A stretch of DNA of 64,000 nt from Chiloscyllium plagiosum (GCF_004010195.1 NC_057750.1:7161668-7225667); one strand, 5' to 3'; shown: positions 15,061 through 28,740, counted from the first letter of the stretch. Translations and numbers: made by a program. Notes: a model not told the origin generated them from the sequence alone.

Positions 15061-15912
15061 AGGTTCATAGTTTCTTGAAAGTGGAGTCCCAGGTAGACAG
15101 TATAGTGAAGAAGTTTAGATTAGAGTGGTGCTGGAAAAGCACAGCAGATCAGGCAGCATCCGAGGAGCAGGAAAATCGACATATCGGGCAAAAGCCCTTC
15201 CTTAGAAACCCTGCTGACTTGCTGTGCTTTTCCAGCACCACTCTAATCTAAACTCTGGTTTCCAGCATCTGCGGTCCTCACTTATGCCTAGGATAGTGAA
15301 GAAGGCATTTGATGCACTAGGCTTTATTGGTCATTGCATTGAGTATAGGAGGTCATGTTGCGACTGTACAGGACATTAGGTAGGCCACTTTTGGAATACT
15401 GCTTTCACCTCTGGTCTCCCTGCTGTAGGAAGGATGTAGAAAGGGTTCAGAAAAGATTTACGAGGATGTTGCCAGGTTTGGAGGATTTGAGCTATAGGGA
15501 GAGGCTGAATAGGCTGGGGCTGTTTTCTCTGGCGCATCAGAGGCTAATGGGGCAACCTTATAGGGGTTTATAAAATCATGAGGGGCATGGATAGGATGAA
15601 TAGACAAGGTCTTTTCCCCAGTGTAGGGCAGTTCAAAAGTAGGAGGGCTAAGGTTTAAGGTGAGAGGGGAAAGTTTTTAGGGGGCAAAATTCTCACGCAG
15701 AGGTTGATGGATGTATTGAATGAGCTGCCAAAGGAAGTGGTGAAGGCTGGTACAAAGATAACATTTAACAGGCATCTGGATGGGTATATGAATTGGAACG
15801 ATATGGGGCAAGTGCTGGCAAATGGGACCAGCTCAGCTTAGAAAATCTGGTCAGCATGGACGAGTTGGGCCAAAGGGTCTGTATCTATGCTGTACATCTC
15901 AATGACTCTAAC
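15061..15912 (+). mobile_element. CR1 (HER1-like) LINE 3' fragment in ovol3 intron 3, interrupted by a PLE palindrome (15114-15289)
   Basis: LYRTLGRPLLEYC..WSP..ERVQKRFTRMLPGLEDLSYRERLNRLGLFSL plus a CR1 3' UTR. The nested insert is flanked by atagtgaagaag at 15102-15113 and 15293-15304. Confidence 0.9.
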
Positions 15913-16200
15913 TCGATATGCATTGAAGACATCTTAAAGCCAGTGTAGTCACCATTGTTTGAACATAGGAAGTATCCCCACCAGGGGTCTCTCAGGCTTC
16001 CTTAACTGGAAGGAATGACCTGCTCATCTACATTAAGTTTCATTTGAGTGATACATTTTGGCTAAGGTATTGTGAAAACACTTTGCCCTTGTCCCAAATC
16101 ACATAAGACGTTAGAGCCTCAGTTTGGGTCTCAGCTAAAAAGCTATGCCTCCGATCCCGATTTTGTGTCCTCGAGCAGGTCTTGGTTGCACAGAGGTTCA

Positions 16201-16548
<348 letters not shown>

Positions 16549-18679
16549 TTATAGCACAAAATCAGCCCAACTAGTCCATGTTAATGTTGAGTTGCCTGTT
16601 GACCCCGTTTTGCTTAGAACGTGCGGGCAGTTTTTTTTGTGAGACCCCCTTTGAAAAATGCGTGTGACTGTCCCTTATAAGCATTAACCTGTGCCTGGTT
16701 TCCACAGGAGACTTTCTTTGTTCTTTCATGGAATCATCTGGATGGGTATATGAATAGGAAGTGTTTAAAGGGATATGGGCCAAGTGCTGGCAAATGGGAT
16801 TAGATTAATAATCACACAAACACCAGGTTATAGTCCAACAGGTTTATTTAGAAGCACTAGCTTTCGAAACGCTGCTCCTTCTTCAGGTGGTTACTACATC
16901 GGGACTAGATTAGGTTAGGATATCTGGTCGGCATGGACGAGTTGGACTGATGAGTCTGTTTCCATGTTGTAAGTCTCTATAACTCTGTGGCTGTAATCCT
17001 TACAGTGTGGAAAAAGGCCACACTGAACCTCCGAAGAGCATCCCACCCAATCCTCATAACCCTGCATTTCCCATGGCTGACCCACCTAACCTAACACATC
17101 CCTGGACGTTATGGGGAAATTTCCCATGGCTAGTCCAATCTGCACATCTATGGACAGTGGGAGGAAACTGGAGTGCCCAGAGGAAACCCACGCAGACGTG
17201 GGGAGAATGTGCAAACTCCCACACTGACAGTCATAGAGATGTACAGCTCATCTGTGCTGACCCAGATATTCTAAATTAATCTAGTCCCATTTGCCAGCAC
17301 TTGGCCCATATCCCTCTAAACCCTTCCTATTCAGTTACCCATCCAGATGCCTTTTAAATGCTGTCATTGTTCCAGCCATCTAGTTCTGGACTCGCCCACT
17401 CCAGGAGAAAAACCTTGTCTATTTACCCTATCTATGCCCCTTATGATTTTCTAAACCTCTATAAGGTCATTCCTCAACCTGAGGGTGGAAATGAACCCTG
17501 GATCCCGGTGTTGTGAGGCAGTAGTGCTAACCACTGAGCCACCACATTGACTTTGTAGGATTTGTGTGCCATTGGCAAGACCAGCGTTTGTTGCCTGATT
17601 CTAGTTACCCTGGTTTGCTGGGTCTTTTGGAAGAATAAACCGTATTGTAATGGTCAACTAGGCAAAAGTGAGGACTGCAGATGCTGGAGAACAGAGTCAA
17701 GATTAAAGTCCTGCTCCTTGGATGCTGCCTGACCTGTGCTTTTCCAGCAACACTCTAATCTTGACTCATATTGTAATGGTATTTGGAATCGCATCTAGGC
17801 CAGGTTAGGCTGGCAGAATTTCTCCCCTAAAACAAGTACCAGTGAACCAGATGGATTTTCACACCAATTGATGACAATTGTCTTGGTTACTATTATCGAG
17901 TACAGCTTTATTTCATAGAACAGTACAGGCCCTTCTATGACCTATGTTGTACTGACCTTTTACCCTACTCCAGGATTAAACTAACCTACATACCCTACAT
18001 TTTACTATCATTAAAAAATGTAGTGTATTTCCTGAATTTAGTAATTGAATTTAAAAGTTGCTGTGCAGCCGTTTTCTCATAACAATAACCTGGGCGTCTG
18101 GATTACTAGTCTAGTGATATGACCCACTGTGCCACCATCTCCCTCACAGTCTTTTTCATCCAACCCTATCTGTGTTGCTTTCTCCCTCATGTACTTCACT
18201 GGCTTATCCTTAAATAACATCAATGCTTTTTTTCCTTCAACCGTTTCATGTCACTGTGAGCTCATGTGCTCTCTGGGGAAAAATGTTTCTCCCAAATGAC
18301 TGCATTATATTAATCAGAAACAGAAGTTGCTGGGGAAACTCAGCAGGTCTGGCTGCATCTGTGGGAGGATAGCAGGGATGATGCTGATTTTAGTTTGGAT
18401 TTGCCTCATTTCTACATTACGTGTTGCATTCCTATTTCTTCTTACATGTAATAATTAAAGTCTCCTGAGTAATGAAAACAAGTCTAGTTACATTGGTTTC
18501 TTTTAAAACATAACTTCATTGAGTTTGGGAGAGAGGCATGTACACTGGAGGGGCTCGATTCCGAATTATGACCAACCAGGAAGCACGTGAATAACATCCT
18601 CCATCCTGTCTGGAACCGTAACAAATTAGAGAGAGTCTCCCAGAGAGTGGTCATAATAATTTAAACTATGAAGATGTAC

Positions 18680-18816
18680 CTTGGCTGTTTTCAGCACTGG
18701 CTGTACTTCACGCTGATCTGTTTCACGGAATCCTTTATCAAATGATCTTTCCCATGTGTCCTTTCCACTCATTGTGTTACCTCGGTCAGGTAAACACTGC
18801 TGCCTGTCTAAACATT
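18680..18816 (-). CDS. ovol3: OVO-like TF exon 2 (variable linker; not in the ORF track)
   Basis: ccacag|AA TGT TTA ... GCC AAG|gtacat. 137 nt, open, phase 1 in and phase 0 out, exactly joining exon 1 to exon 3: (E)CLDRQQCLPDRGNTMSGKDTWERSFDKGFRETDQREVQPVLKTAK. It lies in non-repeat DNA. Confidence 0.72.
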
Positions 18817-18896
18817 CTGTGGATTGAATGAAATACTATCCATGTCAGATCACCGCTCTGTTAATGAGATGTGTCTTTCACGACTGGCGTCAAGCC

Positions 18897-19105
18897 TACA
18901 GTTTGTTGTGATATAACGCGACAGTTCCGTTCCCATGCAATCCCACGTTATAAGAAAATAGCCGCACCGTTTAAACCAATGGGGCAGGAATCGTGTTATA
19001 GCCAATATGGGTAAGGAAAGTTGGCAAATAACAGCTTAAATTCTTCAATCATGTTATAGCCAGCTCGTGTTGAAGAAACGTGTGTCATGACAGAACCGAC
19101 TATAC
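18897..19105. mobile_element. MER6-like Tc1/mariner MITE
   Basis: Termini TA-CAGTTTGTTGTGATATAACGCG ... TCATGACAGAACCGACTA-TA form imperfect TIRs flanked by TA. Confidence 0.55.
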
Positions 19106-19211
19106 TTCGAAACGAACATCATAATGCGATGGCCAGAATATTATTAAGCTGGACTGGGTTCAGAAGAGATTTACCTGGATGTTGCCGGGAATGGAAGGAT
19201 TGACAAAGGAG

Positions 19212-19377
19212 GAATTGCTGGAAAAGCTCAGCAGGGCTGGCAGCATCTGTGAAGAGAAACCAGAGTTAATGTTTCAGAGTGAACCAGGTTCTGAGCAAGG
19301 GCCACTGGACCCGAAACGTTAACTCTGATTTCTCTTCACGGATGCTGCCAGACCTGCTGAGCTTTTCCAGCAACTTC
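19212..19377. mobile_element. Palindromic PLE-type terminal element (family 3)
   Basis: Arms ttgctggaaaagctcagcagggctggcagcatc / gatgctgccagacctgctgagcttttccagcaa. Hammerhead-like gtt-ctgagca-agggccactggaccc-gaaacgtt-aac. Other remnants at about 180, 4390, 11335, 13295, 14090, 18315, 35895. Confidence 0.65.
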
Positions 19378-19699
19378 TGTTTTCAGTACTTTGTAAATAA
19401 GATGGTGCTGTGTGTGGTGACATTGCCCACTTTTCAGTGTACTCCTGTACTTGAATAGATGTGACAATAAAACCTAATTCCAATGCCATTCTACTCTGGT
19501 ACCTATATCCTACAAAAACAGCCAGAGGGTGGGCAATTGTGGATTTGAATCCTCAAGCAGCTTGACCATGATTGTATTGACTTCCCAGTAGGACTGAAGG
19601 GCCAAATGGCCTACTCTGCTCCTAATTCCCATTTCTGGTGTGTCAACCAATTATTAATTCCTTGCCCAATAAAACTGTTCAACGTTTTAACAACTGTTA

Positions 19700-20510
19700 T
19701 AGATAGGGTGAATAGCCCAGGTCTTTTTTCCCAGAGGAAGAAGTGAGGACTGCAGATGCTGGAGATCAGAGCTTAAAAATGTGTTGCTGGAAAAGCGCAG
19801 CAGGTCAGGCAGCATCATAGGAACAGGAGAATCGACATTTCGGGCATAAGCCCTTCTTCAGGAATCTTCCTGAAGAAGGGCTTATGCCCAAAACGTCGAT
19901 TCTCCTGTTCCTATGATGCTGCCTGACCTGCTGCGCTTTTCCAGCAACACATTTTTAAGCTCTTTCTTCCCAGAGTAAGGGAGTACAAAACTGGAGTGCA
20001 TAGGTTTAGGGTGAGAGAGGTAAGATTTAAAAGGGATCTAAAGGTCAACTTTTTCAGACAGAGGGCGGTGCGTGTATGGAATGTGCTTCCAGAGGAAGTG
20101 GTGGAGGTGGGTACAATTACATTTAAAAGACATTTGGACAGGTACATGGACAGGAAGGGGAGGCAGCATCCGAGGAGCAGAAAAATTCGACACTTTGTGC
20201 AAAAGCCCCTCATCAGGAATGAAGCCATGAAGCCTCCAGGGTGGAGGCTCCCTGGCTTCATTCCTGATGAAGGGCTTTTGCCCGAAACGTTGATTTTTCC
20301 TGCTCCTCGGATGCTGCCTGACCTGCTGTGCTTTTCCAGCACCACTCTGACTTCCAGCATCTGCAGTCCTCACTTTTGCCCACATGGACAGGAAGGGTTT
20401 AGAGGAATATGGGCTAAACACAGGCAAATGGGACTAGCTCAATTCAGGAAACCCGGTCAGCATGGATGAATTGGGCCAAAGGGTCTATTTCGTCTTGTAC
20501 AACTCTATGC
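19700..20510 (+). mobile_element. CR1 3' end in ovol3 intron 1 with two nested PLE palindromes (19737-19960; 20160-20381)
   Basis: CR1 peptide HRFRVR..FKRDL..NFF.QR.VRVWN. TSDs tcttttttcccagag/tctttcttcccagag (19722-19736, 19961-19975) and acatggacaggaaggg (20144-20159, 20382-20397). Confidence 0.88.
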
Positions 20511-20595
20511 TCTACTCATCTTCCTCTGTCCCTCATTCTGTCTCTCTTTCTTTCCTCCTGGAGAGTTCGGGAGTTGGTTTGTGGAGAAAGCGTAC

Positions 20596-20695
20596 CTGGA
20601 ATGTAGAAATCCCCTCGCTGATCATCCGATATGTCTCCCCAGTTGCGAGAGCCACACTTGGCGTGTTGCTTTTTGACCAGAAACGATCGCGGCAT
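20596..20695 (-). CDS. ovol3: OVO-like TF exon 1 (SNAG domain)
   Basis: ATG at 20695; MPRSFLVKKQHAKCGSRNWGDISDDQRGDFYIP then G|gtacgc. SNAG motif plus the OVOL N-terminal motif. Total CDS 100+137+184+293 = 714 nt, 237 aa. Confidence 0.92.
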
Positions 20696-21554
20696 CGTGA
20701 CAGAATGTAAGGCAGGCTCATAAACCCAGAGCAGCAATCACTGGTACTGTCTCGTAACAAGACCAGACCTTCAGCTGTGTCCAGCATGCCAGCTAAACCC
20801 TCTACCTCCCAAACAACTCTCTCGAAATTCAACCTATGCTCCTTGCTGTTTAAATACGTACGGGCTGTAATTTGCCTACTCGCCAATATAGACAGCAAAC
20901 ACTTTGGATTAAATATATTTAAATTTCCTCATCCTTTCAAATGATTTTCCATTTGTAAACAGACTGATCATGTAAAGATTGTGCAAATGAGTTCAGTATC
21001 CAATTTTTTCATCCTCTTTATGCAAATCTTCTGCCTCTCAGTGGAAGCTGTCGCTCAGTTGGTATGATTGAGCTCCCTGAGTCCAGAAGTGTTCAACTCC
21101 AGGAGTGGGCAGAATACAAGAAACTCAAGGCTGACTGCTGCATTACTGAAGGAGTGCAGCACTGCCAGTGGTGCTGTCATGGGCTGTTAATCTGAGGGCC
21201 AGTTTACTGGATATAGAAGTGGCAGCAGTGTGTACCGTCTGCAAGATACATGGCAGAAATCCACCAAGGTCCCTTAGTCAGCACCTTCCAAACCCACGAC
21301 CACTCCCAAGAGAAGGACAAAGGCAGGAGGTATATGGGAACACCAGCCCCCGCAAGTTCCCCTCCAAGCCACTCACCATCCTGAAACTTCCTCCCTATGG
21401 GCATTGGGGGTCAACCCACAGTAGGTGGACTGCAGTGGTTCAAGAAGGCAGCTCACCCCAGGACTTTCTCAAGGGGCAATTAGGGACAGGCAATAAATGT
21501 TGACTGATGGTGATACTCAACATACTTTTTTGATTAAATTTTATTCATTTATAG

Positions 21555-21810
21555 TAAGACAGGTTCACACAAAAACACGCGCACACAGACACAGAAAGAC
21601 ACACACACAAACATGCACTTACACTCTCACAGACACAGACTCTCGCATTCATACACACACACCCACACGCACGCACATACACAAACACGTGCACTCACAC
21701 ACAGACACAGCATATGCACACAAACAGGCAGACACACACCATAGGCGCAGACACACACAGAGGCACACAGTAACAGACACACATAGACAAAACACACATA
21801 GACGCACACC
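21555..21810. repeat. Degenerate (CA)n microsatellite
   Basis: CA-rich simple repeat. Confidence 0.85.
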
Positions 21811-22149
21811 CTGCTAGGTGGAGACATTCAACAATATGGAGTGTGTCACCAAGAGAAAATAGTCACATAGACTGGAAATTAAGGCATGGAAAATGCATTG
21901 ATATTTTGTGATGAGAAGTTAATTGCAATTCACGATAAGTGGCAATTAATGAAGAGGAGCCCAGCTTATCAGAGCAGGTTGATTGGACTCGTCGTTGAGC
22001 TGCCAGTGTTTGCACAGGGCAGCTGATCAAAGGGAGACCCGTTTATGAAAGCACGGCTGTGAGCTGGGGTGAGCACAAGGGGGCAGCACTCAAGCCTGTG
22101 GAAAAGGAATGAGTTTACACTGAGCTCTCACTGATGATTAACCCTCACT

Positions 22150-23010
22150 GATAGAGTCAGAGAGATGTACAGCATGGTAACAGACCCTTCGGTCCAACCC
22201 CTCCATGCCGACCAGATATCCTAACCCAATCTAGTCCCACCTGCCAGCGCCTGGCCCATATCCCTCCAAACGCTTCCTATTCACATACACATCCAGATGC
22301 CTCTTAAATGTTGCAATTGTACCAGCCTCCACCACATCCTCTGGTGGCTTATTCCATACCACCCTCTGCGTGAAAACGTTGCCCCGTAGGTCTCTTTTAT
22401 ATCTTTCCCCTCTCACCCTAAACCTATGCCCTCTAGTTCTGGACGCCCCGACCCCAGGGAACAGACTTTGTCTATTTATCCTATCTATGCTGCTCATGAT
22501 TTTATAAACCTCTATAAGGTCACCCCTCAGCCCCCGATGCTCCAGGGAAAACAGCCCCAGCCTGTTCAGCCTCTCCCTGTAGCTCAGATCCTCCAACCCT
22601 GGCAACATCCTTGTAAATCTTTTCTGAACCCTTTCAAGTTTCACAACATCTTTCCGATTGCCATTAAGTGTATGAGTCCTGCTAAGACTTGCTTTCCCAA
22701 AATGCAGCACCTCACATTTATCTGATTTAAACTCCATCTGCCACTTCTCAGTCCATTGGCCCATCTGGTCAAGATCCTGTTGTAATCTGATGTAACCTTC
22801 TTCGCTGTTCACTACACCTCCAATTTTGGTGTCATCTGCAGACTTACTAAGTGTACCTCTTATGCTCACATCCAAATCATTTATGTAAATGACAAAAAGT
22901 AGAGGACCCAGCACCGATCCTTGTGGCACTCCACTGGTCACAGGCCTCCAATCTGAAAAACAACCCTCTGTCTTCTACCTTTGAGCCAGTTCTGTATCCA
23001 AATGGCTAGT
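22150..23010 (-). mobile_element. CR1 LINE ORF2 fragment (RT plus 3' end, internally deleted)
   Basis: SGVPQGSVLGPLLFVIYINDLD...ADDTKIGG, joined directly to RKDVVKLERVQKRFTRM; ends in a CR1 3' UTR. Confidence 0.93.
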
Positions 23011-23139
23011 CATCTGAGTACAATGTCTACATATTGAATCTGCCCTATTCCTATTTACTTCCGGAGTTACAAATTTCCCACTTACTCCCCTTCACCCTCC
23101 AAATGCCCACAGCGAGGCTAAAGATTCAGACTGCCCTTA

Positions 23140-23920
23140 TTCTGTGCTGTCCCTGTCCTGAGATTATTTCATGGGGGACAGTGTAGAAGGGGCTTTACTC
23201 TGTATCTAACCCCGTGCTGTCCCTGTCATAGGAGTATTTGATGGGAAACAATGTAGAGGGAGCTTTATTCTGTATCTAACACTGTGCTATCCCTGTCCTG
23301 GGTGTGTTTAATGTGGGACCATGTACAGGCAGCTTTACTCTGTATCTAAACCGATGCTGTCCCTGTCCTGGGCATATTTGGTGGGGACAGTTAGAAGGTC
23401 CTTTACTCTATCTAAACTTGTGCTGTCTCTGTCCTGGGAGTGTTTGATGGGGACAGTGTAGAGGGAACTTTACTCTGTATCTAACCCCGTGCTGTCCCTG
23501 TCCTGGGAGTATTTGATGGGAACAGTGTAGAGGAAGCTTTACTCTGTATCTAGCTCCTTGCTGTCCCTGTCCCTGGGAGTGTTTGATGGGGACAGTGTAG
23601 AGATAACTTTACTCTGTATCTAACCCCGTGCTTTCCCTGTCCTGGGGGTGTTTGATGGGGACAGTGTAGAGATAACTTTACTCTGTATCTAACCCCGTGC
23701 TGTCCCTGTCCTGGGGGTGTTTGATGGGGACAGTGTAGAGATAACTTTACTCGGTATCTAACCCCGTGCTGTCCCTGTCCTGGGGGTGTTTGATGGGGAC
23801 AGTGTAGAGATAACTTTACTCTGTATCTAACCCCGTGCTGTCTCTGTCCTGGGGGTGTTTGATGGGGACAGTGTAGAGATAACTTTACTCTGTATCTAAC
23901 CCCGTGCTGTCCCTGTCCTG
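23140..23920. repeat. 69-bp minisatellite, about 11 copies
   Basis: Unit ctttactctgtatctaaccccgtgctgtccctgtcctgggggtgtttgatggggacagtgtagagataa; period 69 (e.g. 23607, 23676). Confidence 0.95.
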
Positions 23921-24189
23921 CATATGTTTCTTAAGATCCTGACAAACTTGTACTTTTTTTTCATTTTGTCTCAATACAGGAATGGCTTCAAAACATTGGA
24001 CAATAATGAGGACAAAACAGGACACTGAGCAGGTGTGGGGAAGTGCAGAGATTATGTTTATCCTGAAAATGTGAGCCAAAGAGAGAAGGTTTGGGGAGAG
24101 TTTACAATGCGCAGGGTATTAGCCTTGGAGCTTCATTGCACAGAGTGTTAGCAAGAAATCTCCACGTGGAAGTAAGAGGGAAAATGAGT

Positions 24190-25335
24190 GTTTGAGTCTG
24201 ATTGTCTCATCTCCCACGCTACAGTGAAATGTGTTGTTTTGAGTGCTAACCAGGTAGATTGTACCACACAAGGTGACCAGGGTAGCAGAAGAGAGTGCAA
24301 AATACAGAGTTAGAGCAGCAGAGATGGTGCAGAGAGAGAGAGATCAGAATATACATTTGAGACGTCCATTGAAAAGCCTGATGACAGCAGGGAGGAAGCT
24401 GTTCTCGAATCTGTTCATATGTTTATACAAACTTTTCTATCTTTTGCCCGATGGAAGAGGGTGGAACAGAGTATAACCGGGGTGGGAGGGGTCTTTGATG
24501 ATGTTGGTTGCTTTCCCGAGGCAGTGGGAAGTGTAGACGGAGGCAGTGGATGGGAGGCTGGTGATGGACTGGGCTGTGTTTACATCTCTCTGTAGTTTTC
24601 TTACTGTCCTGGGCAGAGCAGTTGCTGTACCAGACCGTGATGCGTCCGGATAGGATGCTTTCTATGGTGCACCTGTAAAAATTGGTAAGAGTCTTTGTGG
24701 ACACGCTGAATTTCCTTTGCCTCCTGAAGAAGTAGAGACGTTGTTGTGCTTTCTTGACCACCGCATCAATGTGGGTGGACCAGGCCAGATTGTTGGTGAT
24801 TGTCACTCCCAGGAACCTGACACTCTCCACCATCTCCACTTCAGACCTTCTGTGGTACAGGAGGAGGCCATTTGTCCATCTTGGCGAAAGTGAGGACTGC
24901 AGACGCTGGAGCTCAGAGTCCAGATCAGAGTGGTGTTGGAAAAGCACAGCAGGTCAGGCAGTATCTGAGGAGCAGGAATATCGACGTTTAGGGCAGGAGC
25001 CCTTCCTCATTCCTGATGAAGAGCTTCTGCCCAAAACGTCGATCTTCCTGCTCCTTGGATGCTGCCTGACCTGCTGTGCTTTTCCAGCACCACTCTGATC
25101 TAGACTCTGATCTCTAGCACCTGCAGTCCTCACTTTTGCCTAGTTGATTTTAACCTCACTGCGAATCCTCTTGCAAGGACGCCTACCTTGAAGAAGTTCT
25201 CCTCCTCTCTCTACAGGAATCTGAGTGAGTCTCTTTCTCACTGCAACCCCCAGGTCAGCTCCCCTCATTCGTCCATCATGTCTGTACTGCCCAGTCCAGT
25301 AGTGGATGGGGAGGAGCTGGCTGGAGCCCAGATAG
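24190..25335 (-). mobile_element. Rex1/Babar-like LINE 3' fragment, interrupted by a PLE insert (24881-25265)
   Basis: VESVRFLGVTITNNLAWSTHIDAVVKKAQQRLYF...LTNFYRCTIESIL..ITVWYSNCSAQD. Nested insert flanked by catttgtccatc/cattcgtccatc. Confidence 0.8.
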
Positions 25336-25469
25336 AATCTGAGCATCAAGCAGGAGCCATCGATTCTGTTTCTCTACTGCATATTGTCTAATCATTGGCC
25401 TCCCAAAAAAAAATTGTCCCTTAACAACTCACTGAGATACCACTGACTCATGCTTTTCCCTGTAAGCTG

Positions 25470-25775
25470 TAGTGTGGGGGTGGCTCAGTGGTTAGCATTG
25501 CTGCCTCACAGCGCCAGGGACCCGGGTTCGATTCCAGCCTCGGGCAACTGTCTGTGTGGAGTTTCCACATTCTCCCCGTGTCTGCGTGGGTTTGCTGTAG
25601 GTGCTCTGGTTTCCTCCCACTGTCCAAAGATGTGCGGGTTAGGTGGATTAACCATGGGCAATGCAGGGTTATAGGGATAGGATGGGTCTGGGTGGGTTGC
25701 TCTTCAGAAGGTCACTGCAGACTCAATGGGCTGAATGGCCTTTAGGTGTACTGTGCGGAATCAGTGATTCTAGAG
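25470..25775 (+). mobile_element. HE1-like V-SINE
   Basis: gtggctcagtggttagcattgctgcctcacagcgccagggacccgggttcgattcc head with A/B boxes. Confidence 0.88.
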
Positions 25776-26049
25776 CAAACTGAATTACCTCAAATCAGCA
25801 AAATGCCCCACTGGTCCTTGAAGGACAATAGTGTAGTGACTGTCATAGAGATCCCAGGCTTTGAGTCCAGGATGTTAATGTTGGAGGAAGTGGAGTTGAC
25901 GTGTTGGAAGGAAACAGCCCACATGATTTGTGCAAAAGGACATTTTGGGTCATGGATGGAACTCTATTAGTTCCCCCAGATCTACAAACTGCCTTCACAA
26001 TTTCATTTCATGAAAGTAAATCGTCCAAAACCAGAGGGGGTGTTGGCTG

Positions 26050-28740
26050 CTTCAGAAAGTGTTAAGGTGGACAAGGCCCCAGTACCTAATGGGATCTATC
26101 CCAGAATGCTGAGGGAGGCAGGTGAGGCCTTGTAAGAAATCTCCTCTTTATCTCCTCTTTCATCACAGGAACGTTCCCAGAGGTCTGGAGAATAACCAAC
26201 ATTCTTCCTTTGTTTGAGAAGGGTAACAGGGAAAATCTGGGAAAATATAGTCCAGTGAGCCTTCTGCCAGTGACAGGGAAATTGTTGGAGAAGATTCTAA
26301 GGGATAGGATTTACTTACCGATTTTCGAGATTTAGTATTTACTTTGGGAAAATATGGGCTTGTTATTGATAGACAGTGTGGCTTTTTGGGAGGGAGGTCA
26401 TGTCTTGCACAATGATTAATGAAGGCAGCGTGGTCCCCCATGGCAGGCTGATACCGAAGGTGAAGACACATGGCATCCACACTCTCTTCCTCCGCTACAT
26501 TGATGACTGCATTGGCGCCACCTCGTGCTTCCGCGAGGAGGTTGAGCAATTCATCAACTTCACAACACATTCCACCCTGACCTTAAATTTACCTGGACCA
26601 TCTCTGACACCTCCCTTCCCTTTCTGGACCTCTCCATCTCCATTAATGATGACCGACTTGACACTGACATTTTTTACAAACCCACTGACTCCCTGGATTA
26701 CACCTCTTCCCACCCCACCTCTTGAAAAAATGCCATCCCGTATTCCCAATTCCTCTGCCTCCGCCGTATCTGCTCCCAGGAGGACCAGTTCCACCACAGA
26801 ACACACCAGATGGCCTCCTTCTTTAGAGACCGCAATTTCCCTTCCCACATGGTTAAAGATGCCCTCCAACGCATCTCGTCCACAACCCGCACCTCCGCCC
26901 TCAGACCCCACCCCTCCAACCGCAACAAGGACAGAACGCCCCTGGTGCTCACCTTCCACACTACCAACCTTCGCATAAACCAAATCATCCCCNNNNNNNN
27001 NNNNNNNNNNNNNNNNNNNNNNNNNNNNNNNNNNNNNNNNNNNNNNNNNNNNNNNNNNNNNNNNNNNNNNNNNNNNNNNNNNNNNNNNNNNNNNNNNNNN
27101 NNNNNNNNNNNNNNNNNNNNNNNNNNNNNNNNNNNNNNNNNNNNNNNNNNNNNNNNNNNNNNNNNNNNNNNNNNNNNNNNNNNNNNNNNNNNNNNNNNNN
27201 NNNNNNNNNNNNNNNNNNNNNNNNNNNNNNNNNNNNNNNNNNNNNNNNNNNNNNNNNNNNNNNNNNNNNNNNNNNNNNNNNNNNNNNNNNNNNNNNNNNN
27301 NNNNNNNNNNNNNNNNNNNNNNNNNNNNNNNNNNNNNNNNNNNNNNNNNNNNNNNNNNNNNNNNNNNNNNNNNNNNNNNNNNNNNNNNNNNNNNNNNNNN
27401 NNNNNNNNNNNNNNNNNNNNNNNNNNNNNNNNNNNNNNNNNNNNNNNNNNNNNNNNNNNNNNNNNNNNNNNNNNNNNNNNNNNNNNNNNNNNNNNNNNNN
27501 NNNNNNNNNNNNNNNNNNNNNNNNNNNNNNNNNTATTGTACTTTATGCTACTTTCTCCCCACCCCCACCCTCCTCTCGCCTATCTCTCCACGCTTCAGGC
27601 TCACTGCCTTTATTCCTGATGAAGGGCTTTTGCCCGAAACGTCGATTTCGCTGCCCCTTGGATGCTGCCTGAACTGCTGTGCTCTTCCAGCACCACTAAT
27701 CCAGAATCTGGTTTCCAGCATCTGCAGTCATTGTTTTTACCTGGATACAGAACTGGCCAAGTCTTAGAGGACTGTGAGTTGTAGTGGAAGGGTGATTTTT
27801 AGATTGGAGATCTCTGACTAGTGGTGTTCCACAGGGATCAGTGCTGTTGTGTGTAATCTATCTAAATGATTTGGAGGAGGATGTAGGTGGTTTGATGAGC
27901 ATGGTTACCGATAACACCAAGACCGGGGGAGCTGCGGATACTGAGGAGGATTGTCAGAGGATACACCAGCTTTCAGAGAAATGGTAAATGGAGTTTAATC
28001 TGAACAAATGCAGGCTGACGTATTTTGAGTGATCTAATGTAGGAGGGAAATATAGAGGGATTGGCAAAACTCTTAGTAGTATCAACATGCAGAGGGATCT
28101 AGAAATATCGGTCCACAGTTCCCTGGACGTGGCAGCACATAGATAAGTTGGTCAAGAAGGCATACAGCATGTTTGATTGGAGCAGAGTATAAAAATGGAC
28201 AAGGCATGTTGCTGCTGTATAGAGCTTTAGTTAGGCCCCATTTGGAGCATTTTGTACAGTTCTGGTCCCTATACTACTAGCAGGATGTGGAGGCTTTGGA
28301 GAGGGAACAGAAATGATTTACCAGGATGTTGTCGGATTTGGAGGGTAATTGCTACGAGGAGAGGTTGGACAAACTTAGTTTGTTTTCATTTGAATGTCAG
28401 AGGCTGAGGGGCAATCTGATAGAAGTTTACAAAATTCTGAAATGTCAATGACTGGGGGACATGGGTTTAAGGTAAATGGGGATAAGTTTAAAGGAGATGT
28501 GAGAGGCAGGTTTTTTTACATAGCGAGTGGTAAGTGCCTGGAATGCGCTGCCAGAAGAGATAGATACAATACCAAAGTGTAAGGGACACCTTGACAGATA
28601 CAGGAACAGGCAGGGAACAGAGAGATACAGACCGCGTCGAGGCAAAAGGTTTTTGTTTAGAAAGGCATCATGTGTCAGCACAGACATATTGGGCCGAAGG
28701 GCCTGTTCCTGTGCTGTACTATTCTTTCTTGACTCTATAC
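26050..28740 (+). mobile_element. Degraded CR1 LINE ORF2 and 3' UTR, interrupted by a Penelope-like element
   Basis: CR1 motifs on both sides (ggacaaggccccagtacctaatgggatctatccc; gtgttccacagggatcagtgctg; ALPEE..IPKCKGHLDRY). Confidence 0.85.
26478..27742 (+). mobile_element. Penelope-like element (RT C-terminal part and 3' terminal repeat; spans a gap)
   Basis: LFLRYIDDCIG (RT YxDD) and frameshifted SFFRDRNFPSHMVKDALQR...RTPLVLTFH, typical of vertebrate PLE ORFs. The 3' end carries ctgatga-agggcttttgccc-gaaacgtc at 27616. Confidence 0.85.

Noticed and set aside
23140..23920. Regular repeats resembling a CRISPR array
   Set aside because: Units are contiguous with no unique spacers, the context is eukaryotic and there are no cas genes.
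25470..25545. tRNA-like sequences with A/B boxes
   Set aside because: They are heads of HE1-like and Deu-like SINEs, not tRNA genes.
26810..27619. Long ORFs spanning N runs (also 53810-54694)
   Set aside because: The length is a gap artefact; only the flanking PLE peptide fragments are real.
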